A DNA stretch of 63,447 nucleotides, the filler included, from Octopus bimaculoides (Eukaryota): the NCBI RefSeq assembly GCF_001194135.2. It is 6 parts of 6 records of this genome, joined end to end, with 100 filler letters (N's around TTAATTAATTAA, not from the genome) between each part and the next. Parts side by side here need not be neighbours in the genome. Positions count along the whole stretch, not along the records: positions 59,656 to 63,447 come from NC_068982.1; 5 more parts are not named here. One strand, 5' to 3'. Positions 61,305 to 63,447 of the stretch are shown in pieces; the stretch's first letter is position 1; every line of letters begins with the position of its first letter. A program made the translations under genes and the position numbers. The notes beneath the pieces were generated by a model. It saw nothing but the letters and a program-made list of their open reading frames with translations. It had not been told where the DNA came from and did not search any database.

Positions 61305-61893
61305 ACTTATTCTTTTACTTGTTTCAGTTGCTTACCTGCGACCATGCTGGAGCATCGCCTTAAAGGGTTTTAGGCAAACAAATATTGGAGATTCTTTAAC
61401 TAATTTTCCTTAGGCAAACTGGATTTTCTCTGGACTTTTCTCATGTTAGTCTCAAAACTGATTAGTTTCTCAACCTTTTTGGTTTCGGATTTCTAAAAGA
61501 GATATATCGGCTAGACTTGGGTAACCTGAAGGTAGAATGCCACTTTGTCAAGCAAAAGTTATATATTTTGAACTTATTGACCAGATCACTTGAGTTTTTG
61601 CATCCTTACAGGGATACCTTTTCAAATTGCTTCAAAACCTTTTCCAAATTGCTGCCACACTGTGAATGAAGATTTTCCTAACAGCAGATGATCGAAAGTT
61701 GTCTTCAGAATTCTATGACAATTAATAGACTGAGCAACATAGGCACATTTACCATAAATAACGGCGAGCAGAAAACCATAATCTTGAAGACATCGCACTT
61801 TGTTTCATCGCAGAATCCTAAGATGAGAAAATTGAGATTTTGTATTTTGTGTTACCCGAAACTGACGTTACTGTGTACACACACACACGTGCA

Positions 61894-61928
<35 letters not shown>

Positions 61929-61939
61929 AAGAACTAATA

Positions 61940-61972
<33 letters not shown>

Positions 61973-62014
61973 GATGCGTGTGTATGTGTGTTTTTTTTGC
62001 ATTTATGTTTCACT

Positions 62015-62180
62015 GTTTGACAACCGGTGTAGGTTCCTTTACGTCCCCTTGTCTGAGTGACTCGGTAAAAATGTACCGATAGAATAAGTACTTGGGCCTA
62101 TTTGGTCGACTTAAAATTCCTTCAAGGTAGTATTCTAGTACGGCCGCTATCCAATGATGGAAACAAGCAAAAGAATATAA
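62015..62180 (+). mobile_element. SINE family A 3' half (diverged)
   Basis: TTGACAACCGGTG..TTTACGTCCCC..ACCGATAGAATAAGTAC..GAAACAAGCAAAAGAATA. Confidence 0.7.
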
Positions 62181-62408
62181 AAACATTGCTTAGACAAACA
62201 AATCTCACCCGTCCTCAAAGTTATCTAACCAAACTGTACCCGGGAGGCAATAGAACACTGGAATCGCTACTGGTAACAAACAAAATCCAGTAAACACAAA
62301 AGCAGTACCACATAAAGGGTGTTCTGCCATATGTTCAGGTAATGTCCATGAATTAAGTATATTCAAGCTGAACATACTTAAGTCATAGACATTACCTCAA
62401 CCTCCATT

Positions 62409-62652
62409 GGAGGCGCAATGGCCCAGTGGTTAGGGTAGCGGACTCACGGTCATAGGATCGCTATTTCGATTCCCAGACCGGGCGTTGTGAGTGTTTATTG
62501 AGCGAAAACACCTAAAGCTCCACGAGGCTCCGGCAGGGTATGGTGGCGAACCCTGCTGTACTCTTTCACCACAAATTTCTCTCACTCTTACTTCCTGTTT
62601 CTGTTGTGCCGGAACCCTCGACGTCGTAAGCGACGGAGTGCCAACAACATAA
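62409..62652 (+). mobile_element. SINE family C with a ~142-bp internal deletion, 10-bp TSD
   Basis: GTGCC joined to GGAACCC (lacks the equivalent of 56803-56944). CAACCTCCAT at 62398-62407 and 62653-62662. Confidence 0.9.
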
Positions 62653-63387
62653 CAACCTCCATCATTAGCATATTGCGTTTTTCACTTACGATAGCTGGCT
62701 CCCAGGACACGTCATGCGTTTTGTTATTTATTTATTACATTTATTTTCATTTTGTTTTCGTTATTGTCTGTTTTTATTTTTGGCTATTTTGTTGTTTTTT
62801 TTCTTTTTTTATTCTTGCCCATTTTGACATTCTAGTCAAGCACAAACACCAAAGGTGACAAAAATACCGATGCACAAATATATATATATATATTTGAATC
62901 ATCATGTTCAGGAACATGACAACAAGACAACAGATATTTCAGCCAAGAGAAAACAAACTGCAGAAAATGTGAAATGTAAACAATTTCAGTGAAAATATTA
63001 TCGAGAGTAGAGAGAAAAAAAAACAGAAAGATTGTACTGAAACTATTATTATGCCGTCTGTCATTTTACTTTCACCGAATATCAACATTTGGTCTAAAAT
63101 AAGAAATAGGAAACAACTGCCTAACATATTGTTATGTAAGAAATATGTTTGGGGAAAAACAATACGCACGCATGCACACACACACGTGCACACATTCGTA
63201 CATACATACATTCATACATTCATACATACATACATACGTACATACATACATTTGCATATCTGAACATGTAGGCATGTATGCATACAAGCGCACATGCATG
63301 CGTACAAACACGTTCAGATATGCAAACGAGACAAAAAAGCATTAAAATAAAATCTAGTAGAGTTTAATTTGTATAAAGTCTGTGACA

Positions 63388-63447
<60 letters not shown>

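Overview
Eukaryotic, AT-rich, microsatellite-dense genomic DNA with many assembly gaps. It is most likely from an octopus: the repeat families resemble the tRNA-derived SINEs known from Octopus (inference, not a database result). The window is almost entirely repeats. It holds at least four tRNA-headed SINE families (here called A, B, C, E) and about ten fragments of R4/Dong-like restriction-like-endonuclease LINEs, most abutting (AAT)n tracts. DNA transposons include mariner elements (one full-length, two MITE-like), a maT/DD37D-like element, a Buster-type hAT pseudogene and several MITEs. A Gypsy integrase fragment and a solo-LTR-like insertion are also present. The most interesting signal is a set of Penelope-like element (PLE) relics: two carry recognisable RT and/or GIY-YIG remnants, and four loci carry minimal hammerhead-ribozyme motifs, three of them next to inverted or palindromic ends. 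One of these is fused to a tRNA-like Pol III head, which suggests a hammerhead-bearing, Penelope-dependent SINE. No complete host gene is visible. Candidate host exons are a signal-peptide exon at 52113-52159 and an ATG mini-exon plus a 27-nt microexon at 7211-7408. Most long ORFs in the supplied track are artefacts of N-runs and microsatellites. Coordinates of degenerate repeats are approximate.
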